Shown piece after piece: positions 1 to 12,673 of a DNA stretch of 64,000 bases. The notes beneath the pieces are model-generated. The model was not told the DNA's origin, made no database searches, and saw only the letters and a program-made list of their open reading frames with translations. The stretch is from positions 25,420,001 to 25,484,000 of the forward strand of contig NC_043015.1 in NCBI RefSeq assembly GCF_006345805.1, written 5' to 3'. The stretch is from Octopus sinensis. Its lineage: Eukaryota. A program made the position numbers and the translations under genes. Within the stretch, counting starts at the first letter, position 1. Each line of letters starts with the position of its first letter.

Positions 1-2
1 TG

Positions 3-391
3 TATAAATGTATAGTTACATTACATGATAATAACTTTAAGAATAATAATTACACAAAAGCGGTTTATATAGGTTCTACTTCCTCAAAAATAAAACTAAG
101 AATTGCACAACATATGAATTCTTTTAAAAATAAAAACTTAATCAACTCAACCGGACTTAGTAAGTATATTTGGAGTCTTAAATCACTAAATATTAATTAT
201 AGTTTAATATGGGAAATAATTTGTAAAACTAAATCATATAATATAGGAGCTAATTGTTGTTATTTATGCTCTAATGAGTTTAAAGAAATTTTATTTTATA
301 AGTATGATAATTTACTAATACTGGGGAGGAGCGCAAAATAAAATGTAGACACAAGTTACTTTACTTATATAATAAGTTTCATGATAAATAG
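3..391 (+). pseudogene. C-terminal GIY-YIG endonuclease domain of a Penelope-like retroelement (one frameshift near 320; truncated by window start)
   Basis: Frame 3 from base 3 reads YKCIVT...AVYIGSTSSKIKLRIAQHMNSF...NSTGLSKYIWSLK...WEI...CCYLCSNE. After a frameshift it continues KIKCRHKLLYLYNKFHDK* (stop 389-391). The Y-x-YIG, R/H, CxxC and CRH motifs are typical of PLE endonucleases. Confidence 0.85.
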
Positions 392-992
392 CAATAATAG
401 TCCCCTTTTAGGTTATTTTAGTTTAGTTTAAATTAGTTTAGATGATATATATTTTTGGTTATGTTGTCTAGGATTTAATTATAGTTAGTCTTTATTGATA
501 TTTCTTTGTTTTAATTAGTTCATTTTTAATGTATATTAATTTAGCAGTTTATGGTACATTAAAACTTTAATAATTTATATTAGATTTTTTTATTTTTTTA
601 TTTTTATTTTTATTTATTTTATTTTATTATGTATTTTTATTTTGCATTTGTTATATGTATTTTGAGGATATATTTATATGTTTTTGGGTGTTATTTAGTG
701 GTGTTTTTATTGAGTTTTGTATGTATGTGTGAATGTTTAAGATCCTTTGTTTTTTGTTTTTTATTTGTATATTGAATTGACAGATTTTATTTGGGTATTG
801 TCTTTTATAATAAAGTACACACCCATAACAATTATAAGTGCCCACTTCATTCGTTGTACTTGGGTTTGCATGTGAGCCTCAGCATATGCACCTAACGGCC
901 ACTCCAGCCCCACATGGATAAATAAACACATACATCCCCTAAAAATAAAAAAAAAAATAAAAAAAAAAAAAATAAAAAAATAAAAAAAAAAA

Positions 993-1029
<37 letters not shown>

Positions 1030-2227
1030 AGTAATCCCATTCACACCAATTATATGTATACAATTATACACACTTGAATAATACATACTAGCCCTAATAT
1101 ACTGAACATACTAATAATCACCAACTAACCACCATCACAAATGAAACCCACACCCATACTATGACAAAACTCCCCCATACCCTATTTACACCTACATAGT
1201 AATCCCAATATATTCTTCCATACATGGACGCAAGTGCGTGAAGCACATGTACATAATTAGTACGTACAACCCCTAATACACACTAATATATACGTATCAA
1301 GCTCGACCTCCACAGTGATAAGTTTACACACAATCACACCCAGATGGGTGAATTGCACAACCAGTGAATGCTCACACATACGGGCGCGATTACATTGTTG
1401 CATATATCGAGCCAAAATAGTATGCATATGTACATGTGAGGGGTACACGTAAATGAAGTGAGCGTGTACCCCCTGTATTTATACCGTGCGTGAATATACA
1501 CATGGAGACTACCACACAGGTACAAATGTGTTTAGAAATGGGAACCCCATCATTACACTTAATGTATACTCTCACCCATCCGCACGGATGTGTAAGTGTA
1601 TCTCCGGTGTATATGTTGAGGCTTATATGTAGAGTTGTTGAAGTGAACGTCGTTGAAATTGTGAATGAATGGGTAGAGTTGGGAATTGTAACCGGGTGGT
1701 GGACTAGTGTTGCTTGGAATTGTGAATGGATTAGGGTGGTAATGAGGTAGTTATTGAGTATGGGTTACTGTAAGTTGTTTGTTAGAGTTGCTAGGGTGAG
1801 CTAAAGCTCATAATGTATATAATTGATTTTTCATGATAGTTTTTAAAGAATCCATTCATAATAAATTTTTTTTTAAGTAGCGTTGGTTTGCTACGTGGAA
1901 ATAGTTTTTAGTTCCATTTATTATATTTCTCCATTCATACTATGAATGACGTTTACTTTCTATGGCGCGTATTCTTTTTTACATTAGTTATTTCCATGGT
2001 AACGTAATTTTGTTTGGTTTTTTAACGGCTAAAAATCTAATTTCACTTCATAATTTGTAACTGAATTGTAAGTATGTATTTGATTTATCCTTATGTCATA
2101 ATGTTATTTTTGATATTCTGGTTAATTACGATGTATTTATTGTTGTTTTCATAAGAGTGTTTATGTATATGAGATTGGTTGTGAGTTTTTAATTGTATAA
2201 TTAATTTATTTATCTGTATGAGTGTGG

Positions 2228-3270
2228 GTGTAAATATTGTTGTATATATCGAGTTTTAGTGAGTATGTATATGCGTATATGTGAGGGAGCATATGTATCT
2301 GTTGTGTGTGTGTGTTTTGCGTGTGTGTGTTTGTGTGTGAATGTGTATTTGGGTTTGTTATTTAGGATTTGGGATGTATGTGTTAATTTGTCTGTGTGGG
2401 GAGGGAGTGGTTTTTGGTGTATATTGAGGTTTATAAGTTAGTATAGGTTTGTGTATAAGTCTTGGGTCTGTGGTTTACGTGTGGGTTTTTGTGTGTGAAT
2501 GTTTAGGTTAGGGGGATTGCTATATAAGTTTGTTATAGGGTTTAGCAAAGGGAGATTTTATCGTTATATGCTTTTATGAGTTTTGGTTTATCATGGTTTT
2601 TTTTAGGTAATTCGTGGTATTTTGTATATTTTAGGTGTTGGTTATTTTTTTACATTGTTTCATTCATAATTTTTGAGTGGTGTTCGTTTTGCCACGTGAA
2701 TAACCGGGTGGTGGACTAGCGTTGCTTGGAATGTGAATGGAATAGTGTAGTAGTGAGGTAGGCATAGAGAATGGGATTGGGTTACTGCAAGTTGTTTGTT
2801 AGAGATGCTAAGGTGAGTTAAAGCTCATATATGTATATAATGTTTTTTGTGGGTGTGTAAGTATTGTTGTATATGTCGAGTTTTAGTGAGTATGTATAGG
2901 CGTATATGTGAGGGAGTATATGTATCTTTTGTGTGTGAGTGTTTTGCGTGTGAGTGTGTGTTTTGTGTGTGAATGTGTATATGGGTTTGTTATTTAGGTT
3001 TTGGGATGTATGTGTTAATTTGTCTGTGTGGGGAGGGAGTGGGTTTTGGTGTATATTGAGGTTTATAAGTTAGTATAGGTATGTGTATAAGTCGTGAGTT
3101 TGTGGTTTACGTGTGTGTATTTGTGTGTGAATGTTTAGGTTAGGGGGTTTACTTTATAGGTTTGTTATAGAGTTTAGCAAAGGGAGATTTTATCGTTATA
3201 TGTTTTTAAGAGTTTTGTTTTATCATGGTTTTTTTTTTTTTTTTTAGGGAATTCGTGGTAATTAGTCTAT
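2228..3270 (+). repeat. Internal direct repeats: ~410-bp unit (2228-2630 and 2850-3270); a separate ~140-bp unit occurs at 1689-1828 and 2701-2840
   Basis: Long shared blocks, e.g. tcgagttttagtgagtatgtata, gggatgtatgtgttaatttgtctgtgtggg and tttagcaaagggagattttatcgttatatg in both 410-bp copies; taaccgggtggtggactag(t/c)gttgcttggaat in both 140-bp copies. Confidence 0.9.
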
Positions 3271-3392
3271 ATTTTCGATATGGATTATATATAGGTTATA
3301 TATGGATTATATACTTATATTTTTTCATTTATACTTTAATTATTTAAAAGTATTATTTTTATATTTTAAAATTTTGATTTTTTAGATTGGAA

Positions 3393-3438
3393 GTCCACCT
3401 GAAGATTGTCGATCAAGACAAGAAACGATTGTAGTGGC
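3393..3438 (+). ncRNA. Minimal type I hammerhead ribozyme (PLE-type)
   Basis: ccac-CTGAAGA-ttgtc(gatcaa)gacaa-GAAAC-gatt-GTA-gtgg: stem I ccac/gtgg, canonical core, 5-bp stem II, minimal quasi-palindromic stem III, GUA cleavage triplet. Confidence 0.85.
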
Positions 3439-3523
3439 GGTTTTTTTGACTATTTATTAAATTTTATGTATTGATTAAGTCTTTCCTTGTTTGTTTTGCA
3501 AAATAGTGGTTTTGTCTCAAATA

Positions 3524-3572
<49 letters not shown>

Positions 3573-3581
3573 ATGTATATG

Positions 3582-4704
3582 TGCAAGTTTTGAAGAGTGC
3601 AGTTCAATTTTAGCAGTTATTTTTTCAAAGCTATAACAGAAGTGACAAAGGAGCATATTTGGCATATTTTGCTTTATGAGTTCAATAAAGGCAACAGTGC
3701 AATGGAAAGTGTGAGGAATATTAATGCACTATATAGGGATTGGACAATAAGTGTAAGCCAGTGTCTACAGAGGTTCCAGAAATTCTGAGCAGGAAACTAC
3801 AGCCTACAAGACAGACCTCATCCTGGAAGATCTGTAGAGCTTGACATCTTGCAAACCCTGGTGGAACAAATCCCCATCGTAATTGTTGAGGAACTAGCAG
3901 AGAAACTTAGATTTGGTCAGTCAACCATTTATTGATACCTGCGTGCTATTGGAAAAGTCAGCAAATTGGGTCAATGGGTTCCTCTAGGCAGTGAATGTGT
4001 GCTCTTCTGTGCTGTCACATCTCATGAATGAGCTTTTTTTGGACTGAATAGTGACTGGCGATGAGAAATGGGTTCTCTATAAAAATGTCAAGCACCAAAG
4101 ACAGTAGGTAGGGAAAGGAGAAACACCGGCACCCCAGGCTAAAGAAGGTCTTCACCCAAGTAAGGTGTTGTTATCTGCTGGTTGTGATATAGAAGGTTTA
4201 CTCCACTTTGAATTTTTAAACCCAAACCAAACAATTAGAAAGGAGATCTATTGTGATCAGCTTGAGGGGCTTAAGTTGGCACTAGAAAAAAAACGACCAT
4301 CTTTGGTTTCAAGATGAAAAGGGTTCTTCTATCAGGATAATGCTCAGTCACATACAACAAGGATCACATTTGAAAGCTGGAGCAGTTTGAATGGGAAATA
4401 ATGCCCCACCCATCATATTTGCCAGACATTGCCCCATCTGATTATTATTTATTCTGCAGTCTTCAAAATCATTTGGATAGAAAAGATATGAATTCTGTAG
4501 ACAAAGTCAGAACAGTACTAGAGGGGTATTTTTGGTCATGGACAAGTGAATTTTGGAAGAGGGGCCTTGCAAGTCTACCAGATAGATGGAAGAGCATTGT
4601 AGAAAATGAAGGAGAGTATATTTTAGATTAAAAAAGAACTTTATCTTAAATATAAAAAACAAGAAGTATAAAAAGCCGCATTATTTATGAGATGACCCAA
4701 TGTA
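3582..4704 (+). mobile_element. Mariner transposon relic (transposase with stops/frameshifts; right TIR present, left TIR not seen)
   Basis: EVTKEHIWHILLYEFNKGNSAMESVRNIN (HTH), degenerate WVP, VTGDEKW, DNA..H and HPSYLPDIAPSDYYLF (YSPDLAPSDY motif). Ends in the TIR-like ccgcattatttatgagatgacccaatgta. Confidence 0.92.
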
Positions 4705-4785
4705 TACAGACATATATATATATACACACACACAAACATATATGCATACACAAATATATATACACACACAAACATATATGCATAC

Positions 4786-4833
<48 letters not shown>

Positions 4834-5173
4834 TCACATCTATACACATATACACATCTATATACATATCTGTCTAAAGACACTCATAAATATACACACA
4901 TCTACATACAAAAATAGACATCCTAACAGCACAAATATGTGTGTTTATACCAATACATGCAGAAATCCCATAAAAAGTGCACGGCACACATTATAAAGGT
5001 CCCTAAGACCTGCACGTCAACAGTTCTTCCTAGTTCATAGGCTGGGTGGGGGGACGGGGGAAAGCAAAGTGCATTAATAGAAAAGGTGCATTAACCAGAG
5101 GGACATAGGTTAAACATTGTGGTTATGATGCAAGCAGAATTGGGTGGTGTTCTGGTTTCAGATAAACACAAAT

Positions 5174-5560
5174 AGGCATGGGTATGGGTGTGTGGTAAGA
5201 AGTTCGTTTCCAACCACATGGTTCCAGGTTCATTCCCACTGCATGGCACCTTGGGAAAGTGTCTTCTACTATAGCCTCAGGCTGACCAAAGCCTTATCAG
5301 TGGATTTGGTAGATAAAAACTGAAAGAAACCTGTTGTATGTGTGTGTTTTGTGTCTTTGTTTTTCTACCATCCCACCACTTGACACCCAGTGCTGGCGTG
5401 TTTATGTCCCTGTGACTTAGTGCTTCAGCAGAAAAGACCTATAGAATAAGTACGAGGCTTCAAAAGATAAATAAGCACTGAGCTTTATTCATTCAGCTAA
5501 AAATGTGGTGCTGTCGCATGGCCACAGTCTAATGACTTACACAATTGAATGATAAAAGGA
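5174..5560 (+). mobile_element. tRNA-derived SINE (main octopus-type family), diverged full-length copy
   Basis: Colinear with the copy at 42038-42432: head (gtgtggtaagaag...ggttccaggttcattcccactgc), core ccttgggaaagtgtcttctactatagcc, tail gcatggccacagtctaatgact. Confidence 0.85.
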
Positions 5561-5700
5561 ATATACACAAATATATCTCAAATGTAAACATAGCAATAAA
5601 TAGCAGTAGACAAACAATCAAGCACAATCCTCTTCAGGAAGAAGGAAGTTTTCTTTAGACATCATGCATGGCCATCCCTCTCACATTCTCTCTGCTATAT

Positions 5701-5747
<47 letters not shown>

Positions 5748-6737
5748 ATATATATATATATATATGCATATAGATTTGTTATTTTATCCTGTTATCTCTC
5801 TAATTCCCCTGCTACATTTCAACCGCCAACCTTTCTTCATGAAATCTTTCTTTCTCACTCATATTTCAAAACTCCCCTCTTCTTCATTCTTGGATTTCCT
5901 CACTGCCAGCTTCATCAACATTCTTGCTACTGACTGATAAATATTTTTCTTATTCTCTCTCCCTCCTACTCCATCAGCTCTTACTCACATCTATACATTT
6001 ATCTGTCTAAATCCACCTGCTTTTATGATACTTTTAATCTTGTTCCACTCTCAGCACAGTCACTACTTTCCCATTCAGTATTCTCAAAATGTAATAGAAA
6101 TGCTGGAACAACAAACAAACAAATGTCACTTAGCCTTTTGCACAGAAGATAATTGCAATATCATAAAATAAAGAACATGCTCGGATGTTGCTACTTGAGG
6201 CTTATTTCCTTTTGCATGCACAGTGTTGCAATCCTATTATATAAACTCACAACACTATCTTCATGTCTACATACAAATATACAACAGCATATATCTTAAC
6301 TCAGTAATCATTATAAATAATGGATTAGATTTCAAATCTCTTTTCTCATTTTTATGACTAAAAATACAGCAATGATTTAAGCATTATGCTTTGTTGAAAT
6401 ATTCGCTGGTATTTAGTTTCAAAAAGGAAGACATTTGAAGAAAAACAAAAACGAACAACGATGGCAATAAACATGCGTATATGCAAACAACAAGCAAAAG
6501 TGACTATTCTTTGTTATAGATTTTAAAGATTAATACAACTTTTAATTTCTTTCGCTTGAATTATAAATATAAGCTATTTTTGTGTGTTGCCCACTGCCAA
6601 CCACCTCCATTCTTACTCGCTCTCTTTTTCTTTCACAGGGTGAATGTGTGTGTGTGTGTGCGCGTGTAGATAGATATAGGTAGACAAATGCATACATATA
6701 TATATATATATATACACACACATAGATAGATAGATGC

Positions 6738-6769
<32 letters not shown>

Positions 6770-7172
6770 GCTTAGTAGATAGATAGATAAATGTACCAAT
6801 ATACTTATATATATATATATATATATATAATACACCAATATACATATATATATATATATATAAACACATAAATAGAAAATACTCAGAAAACAACACAGGA
6901 ATATAAACAATTATAAATTAAGTAAAACTTTTATTGTTTATTTCTATCATTTTTGATTTTTAATTCTTGTTGTTTTTGTTGTTGTTATTTCCCCCCACCA
7001 CCACCCACACCCAATTTCTCACAGAATATCATATAAGCAGCATGAAAAGAGAAATTTCTTCATATTTTCACAAACGTTACTTTCTCATTAATAACTTGAA
7101 AAGTTTTTATGCTGAAGGAAATGTCTGTTTTACACACGTATAGCATGTATATGCATGTATGTGTACATATGC

Positions 7173-7219
<47 letters not shown>

Positions 7220-10200
7220 CACACACAAACACATGCACATGTATATATAAACACATGCATGTATATGTACACACACACACACACACATGTATGTCTACTC
7301 ATGCACATGCATACACATTTCCATGAAAAGTGAGTCAGATGAAGGGGTTGGTGGTGGCATTAGTTCGGTTCTTTTTATTCTCTAAAGAATTGTAAAAGAT
7401 TCTTATCAAATTTATGTAAAGAGAAAGAAGTTTCAGAAATAAGTTTATTTGTACACACGAGTTAGAAATGAAGTGCGTGTTCATGTGTGTGTGTGTGTGT
7501 GTGTTTTATTATCAAATTCTAGTTAATAAATATGCATATATATGTAGCATTTCCTTCCCAATATTTTGAAATGGTGTTTAAAGCAATAATTTTAGTATTT
7601 TACAAAATTCCATAAGAAACTAAAAAAAACAAAAAAGCTGTGTGTTTCCAGACAAGAGAAAACACCTCACCCGCCTCATCACCACCACCACCACCATCTC
7701 ACACAAATTGTTTTGCAATATAATTTTTTTCTTTCTTTTTTTAACTCTCATTATAGAGAATAGGTAATTTTTTCAGATCAGAGTTACAGTTTTTGAATTC
7801 TGGGCAATTCTTCATATTTGATTCACCTGTGACCATATTTTGTTTTGCTTTTCAGATGCAGAGCATCTAATATAGGAACAGTATGGCTGGATGATTAGGT
7901 CCCTGGTTTGATCCTGCAGTACGACATTTTGGCCTTGGATCAACTTAAACCAATGCAAAGGAAACTGAGAAGGAAGGAACTGTATAGAAGTCCATCTCGT
8001 TTGAGTTGGACCTGTGATTTAAAGTGTGTGGCCTTGCACCACTCTTTGATGCAATGGTTCCATCTGGGAGTAACATTAAGGACATATAGGCTGCACATTC
8101 CTCCAGTTGGAAGTTAGTTGATCAAAGAACTGAATCTTCATCATGAAATGACAAACATTTCATTACCAATATCTCTAAAACTCATCAATGTAATTCTCCT
8201 TTCTCTCTTTTCTTTTTCTTTTTTAGACTTGTCTGCTATTGGCGATAAAAGTGGTGGTGGTGGTAATAGTGCAATATGTTGATGATGATGATGATGATGA
8301 CACTGGTAGTGATGGTCATGGTCAGTTCAGTCCTGATAGAGGACATCTAGGAATGAAAGTATTCTAGTTGTCACCACCTTGTCTTTTATTTAGACACAGT
8401 TTATCTAAAATAGAAAACTGGCTGAGTGGGATTTGAAAAAGATGTGGATAACAAGAGTGGATGTCTTGAGTTTTGTTATAATGATGATGATGATGATGTT
8501 GGGTCAATGCCAGTTCTTGAAGACATATAATCAAGAGCACTCCAGCCATGGCCACTCAGGCTCATTTTTTGCACAGCATAATGCATAGATGACCGCATAT
8601 ATGGTATGTGTTGAGGGAGAGAAGATGGCAAAGTGACAGAGTAGAGACTCACTTAAGCAGGTTTCACAACTGAATAGAGACTTCATTGTTTGCTACATAG
8701 CAACACACACACGCGCGTGTGCGCGCGCACTCCCTCTCTCTCCCTTTCTCTTTCCACTACATTTTTATTACAGATACACATTTAACATTTAACTATAAAC
8801 TTAGCAAAATGTTTATCAGTCAAACCATCTAACTTTTTCAATATTTAAATATTATTCATGAAATCACCAAGAATTTCTGATTCTTTATGACTGATAAAAT
8901 AAAATAGCAAAACAATATTTTAGTTTCTCTCTCTATCTGATCATCTTCAACAGAATTTCCTTCTGGCAGTCTTCTGCTCCAGCTACATGCTTACAACTTT
9001 GTTACTTTTCTCCAAATTCTCTCTCTCTCTCTCTTTCAGAGAATGTGTATGTTAAGTGCACATATGCGTTAGTGTGTGTAGTCATTACATCCTGATTGTT
9101 GATGCTTTTTTGAGTCAGTTTTGCATTTCGTTCATTTGGCAGTTGATTTACAGTTGAGGCCATGGGGTACTTTGGGCAATACTGAATATCAATAGTGGAA
9201 ATAGCATGTTTGGCTGTTGCTCTGCCAACCTGTGATCTCCCAAGATTAGCAAACTCATCCTAAAGAATGCAGAGGATGGTTCACTGGAACAGCAGTGGAA
9301 CTGAGCAGCTTAGTGTAATAATTAGGACCTTGATTATGAAATACGAATAGCAAAATGAATAAGTCAGCTGGATGTATTCTGTTTTTAGAATGACAGGGAG
9401 ATATTCAACGGACTTCCAATCTTCCATCCTGTCTTCAATTTTCCCTAAAGCATGGGAGACTTGAGCAATTATTTTTATCCCACTCTTAAAGTGCTATCTC
9501 ATGTCACTGAAGGAAAGGGGTGACATCACATCATTTTCCCCTTTAAAGATTTACGGTCGTGAACACTGTCAGTGTAACAATAAGAAATGAATGTGTATTG
9601 TTACCTCAGTAGCAATGAATTGAATGGATGAAAGGAAAGCCATTGATGTTGGTTCATCATATTGTTATTGTTAAGAGATTACATTGGACATGACCATCCA
9701 GTGGGGGGGGGGGGGGCAAAAGAGTGTTTATACATAGATGAGAGAAAGATCTAGATTAAGAGGAAAAGAGAAGGAGAGGTTGCAAATGAAGAGCAGTGTT
9801 TGCTGCCAGTCATTGACAATTTCAAGCATTTGTGTTCAAGACTGTTCACATTGGCACATCTGGTCGAACAACAACTGATATAACCTAACTTAATGCATGA
9901 TTGCATCCATCCTCTGCAAGATCTCTCATCCAGCCTGTTCCCTTGTTGGTTCTAAGGTCTTTTAGACTACAAAACAAATCTAATTGAGAAGATTTATAGT
10001 GACATCATTAGTTGAAAGTTAGATTTTTCTTACCATTTCCTGATCAGAAACACCAAGTCCCTGCTTCAAATCATAGCATAGACCTGCTACACCAGTTGAC
10101 TCTAAAGAATATTCTTCATCATATACAAAACAGTGCCAATCAGTTAATTACTGCAGAGTATTCGGTAGCTTTAACACTTCCCTTAAAATCCTATCCTTTC

Positions 10201-10689
10201 CTACAAATGCTAAAAATCCATTTTTCACAGGAATTCTTTAGAAATAATGTTTAGTCAACAATTTTCTACGAAGGGAAAAGAAAAAAGGTGCAAAATTATG
10301 ATAATTTCTGAATATGCACATAGAAAATAACTCCATTCTTAGCAACAAGTAAATTGAGAAAAGTTGACAAGTGCAATTAAAGAAGAAATTCAAATTTATT
10401 TTTAATGAAATTATTAGCAATTATGGTTTCATTCCTGTCAATTTAGAATTCATGCCAAAATTTCTTACTGTAATTTTTCCTATATTCCTTTCTATTAAAT
10501 TTCTCTCATTTATTCATCATTAACTGCTGAAGGTAAATTATTAAATATTTTAAATGCCATTTTACAAATGCAAAGCATATTCACTGCAGATTATGCAACC
10601 TAATATTCTTTTATACAGTTTTTAATTAATTAGCTTCTGTAATTGAAAGGTACAGTGCTCAGCCCTCTCAGAATAGTATGGGGTCGACT

Positions 10690-10960
10690 GATAGGTGGGT
10701 AAGTTGGTAGGTAAAGAATAGACAGGTAGATTGGCTGGTAGTTATACATGTAGGTAAGTAGCAAGGTAGGTAAGTAGTTAGGTAGGTAGGTAGGTATGAA
10801 CGCATGTATGTAGATAGGTGTGTATGTATACAGGTAGGTAAGTTGGTAGATAGGTATTATGTATGCATGCATGTATGTATGTTGGTAAGCAGGTAGATAG
10901 GTTGGTAAGAAGGTAAGCAGGCACACAGGTAGGTGTGTAGGGTTAGATAGGAATGTAGGT
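10690..10960. repeat. Degenerate (AGGT)n/(GTAT)n simple repeat
   Basis: Runs of ggtaggtaagtagtt/gtatgtatg; this explains the low-complexity ORFs at 10630-11066. Confidence 0.85.
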
Positions 10961-11611
10961 CCAGGAGGTTAATTGATACAAAGGATTTACTTTTAGAAAA
11001 AGGGTCTTTGTGGTAAAATTTCAGCAAGTGGAAATTTTGCAGGTGAATGTTTTTCTGAAGAATCAATGACCAGATTAATCCAAAGATGGAACACTGAATG
11101 AATGTGATTATTCAGAAACACGGTTACAAAGAAATGGTACAGACTGAAATTCCACTACCCTGCTCTTCATGTTTTACTGCAGATGTTGTTTTCAAGATAA
11201 TTAAGCTTAGTGACAAGTGTACCAAAACTCATCAGTCATTGAAGGATGCCAAACATTATGGACATTGCCTGTTCTCTGCTCAGTGGGACTACATCTAAAA
11301 ATTTTACTGGTTAATGGCATTACGGGGACATTGCCTTATAGAGCTTTGTGAATTATTTTGATTCTCACCATTTTCATTTGTTTGACATCCATTTGATCAA
11401 ACTCCGAAGAAAGAGAGAAAGGCAAAGTTGATTTTCTTATGGTTTGGTTTAATCAGAAACGGAAAAATAATAACTATGATGTTTTGGGCACCTTGAAGGA
11501 ATATAAACCTAGAAGGAATACAAACTCAAACTAGAGAGCATAGAATAGACTTTGAGAAAGGTGCTCAAATGACAGGTGGGAATCATAAAACAGGTGACAA
11601 ATTATGCTACA

Positions 11612-12170
11612 TACACAGGTCGGACAAAATAATCGAGACACTATTTTTTGTTATTTAACTTTTTTTCAATTGTTAATATGACAAAATTCAGAACTGTTCT
11701 AGTTTTTACAGATGTGTTTCTATGCATTATGTATGCCTTGTACTTATTGATATAAACTCTTTTCTCTTCTTACTGATATTTAAAATAATTTATAATGCAT
11801 GACTAATCCGACTTCCAAAGAGGACAAATTGTTGGAGCATGGACAGCTGGATTTTCAGTCACTAAAATTGCTGAATTGCTTAATATTTCAAAATGTACAG
11901 TCTCTAAACTCACATTGAAATTCTAAAACCAAGGTAAAAACAACACTGGCAAGAATAATTCTTGAGGAAAGAAACACTCAAAGAAAGGGGCCACAGAAAA
12001 GCAAAACATATTGTTATAGAACTATAGAACTATGGCAGCAAAAGTGAGGGCAGAGCTAAGCCAGCACCTTTCCTAGCCTGTGTCAATCAAACCCAGTTTA
12101 AATGAGCTCCATAAAACCAGATACTATAGGAGGGCAGTAATCTTTCTGTTCCCCCTTCTACATTAATAAA
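11612..12170 (+). mobile_element. Tc1-family transposon relic (left TIR plus N-terminal transposase)
   Basis: TA-cacaggtcggacaaaataatcgagacac TIR-like start. From 11795: MHD*SDFQRGQIVGAWTAGFSVTKIAELLNISKCTVSK, then TMAAKVRAELSQHL-like sequence, matching the Tc1 paired-like HTH region. Confidence 0.75.
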
Positions 12171-12369
12171 TGATAAAAAATGGTGTCTAGACTCTCACCA
12201 TTCAACCATTTCCCACATTTTGTAGCAAATTCATTTTCAATTACAAGAGGAAGTGAAAAAATTATCAGCACTTTTGCCGAAACTTTCTTTAGGTCAGCCA
12301 CACTGCCTTCAATGCTTGCCTGCAAGAAAGCGGGACTCTTGTGGCTATGTAACTGAGGTTTGACCTAGA

Positions 12370-12622
12370 TTGCTTCAGTTTATTTTCTTGTTTTACAGAG
12401 TAAACATGACCAATCTACATAGCCACTCCACATAGCTTCAGAGTAAACATAGTGCAATGTGCACCAAAGAAGAACAGAGACTATTGATCTGATTTCTCTG
12501 GCTGGAAGATGTGTCAGGGTATGAAATTCATTACAGGCTTTCATTACAATAAGGGGACAGTGCTCCATCACTTCTAAGTGTGGATTGAGAAGTTTAAAAA
12601 TGACCAGACAAGTGTGAAGCAT

Positions 12623-12673
<51 letters not shown>

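Larger units (their letters stand above)
1..3530 (+). mobile_element. 3' part of a Penelope-like element: EN domain, ~3-kb structured G/T-skewed tail and terminal hammerhead-bearing repeat, ending in (TA)n
   Basis: EN ORF (3-391) and hammerhead (3393-3438) lie on the same strand, and the region ends at a (TA)n tract at ~3531. Assigning the intervening sequence to the same element is inferred. Confidence 0.55.

Noticed and set aside
2500-2515. TTAGGG telomere-like words (also ~1731, ~3139)
   Set aside because: Isolated single copies in G/T-rich sequence, not arrays.
830-3300. Possible NUMT/mitochondrial control region suggested by strong AC versus GT strand skew
   Set aside because: The frames I checked in the A/C-rich block have stops even under the invertebrate mitochondrial code, and no mitochondrial gene is recognisable; internal complementarity and PLE context explain the skew better.
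10034-10101. Candidate 68-nt minus-strand exon (ttctttAG...GAAATG/gtaaga; STGVAGLCYDLKQGLGVSDQEM)
   Set aside because: No recognisable protein match or partner exons; splice-like signals of this quality occur by chance. RNA-seq would decide.
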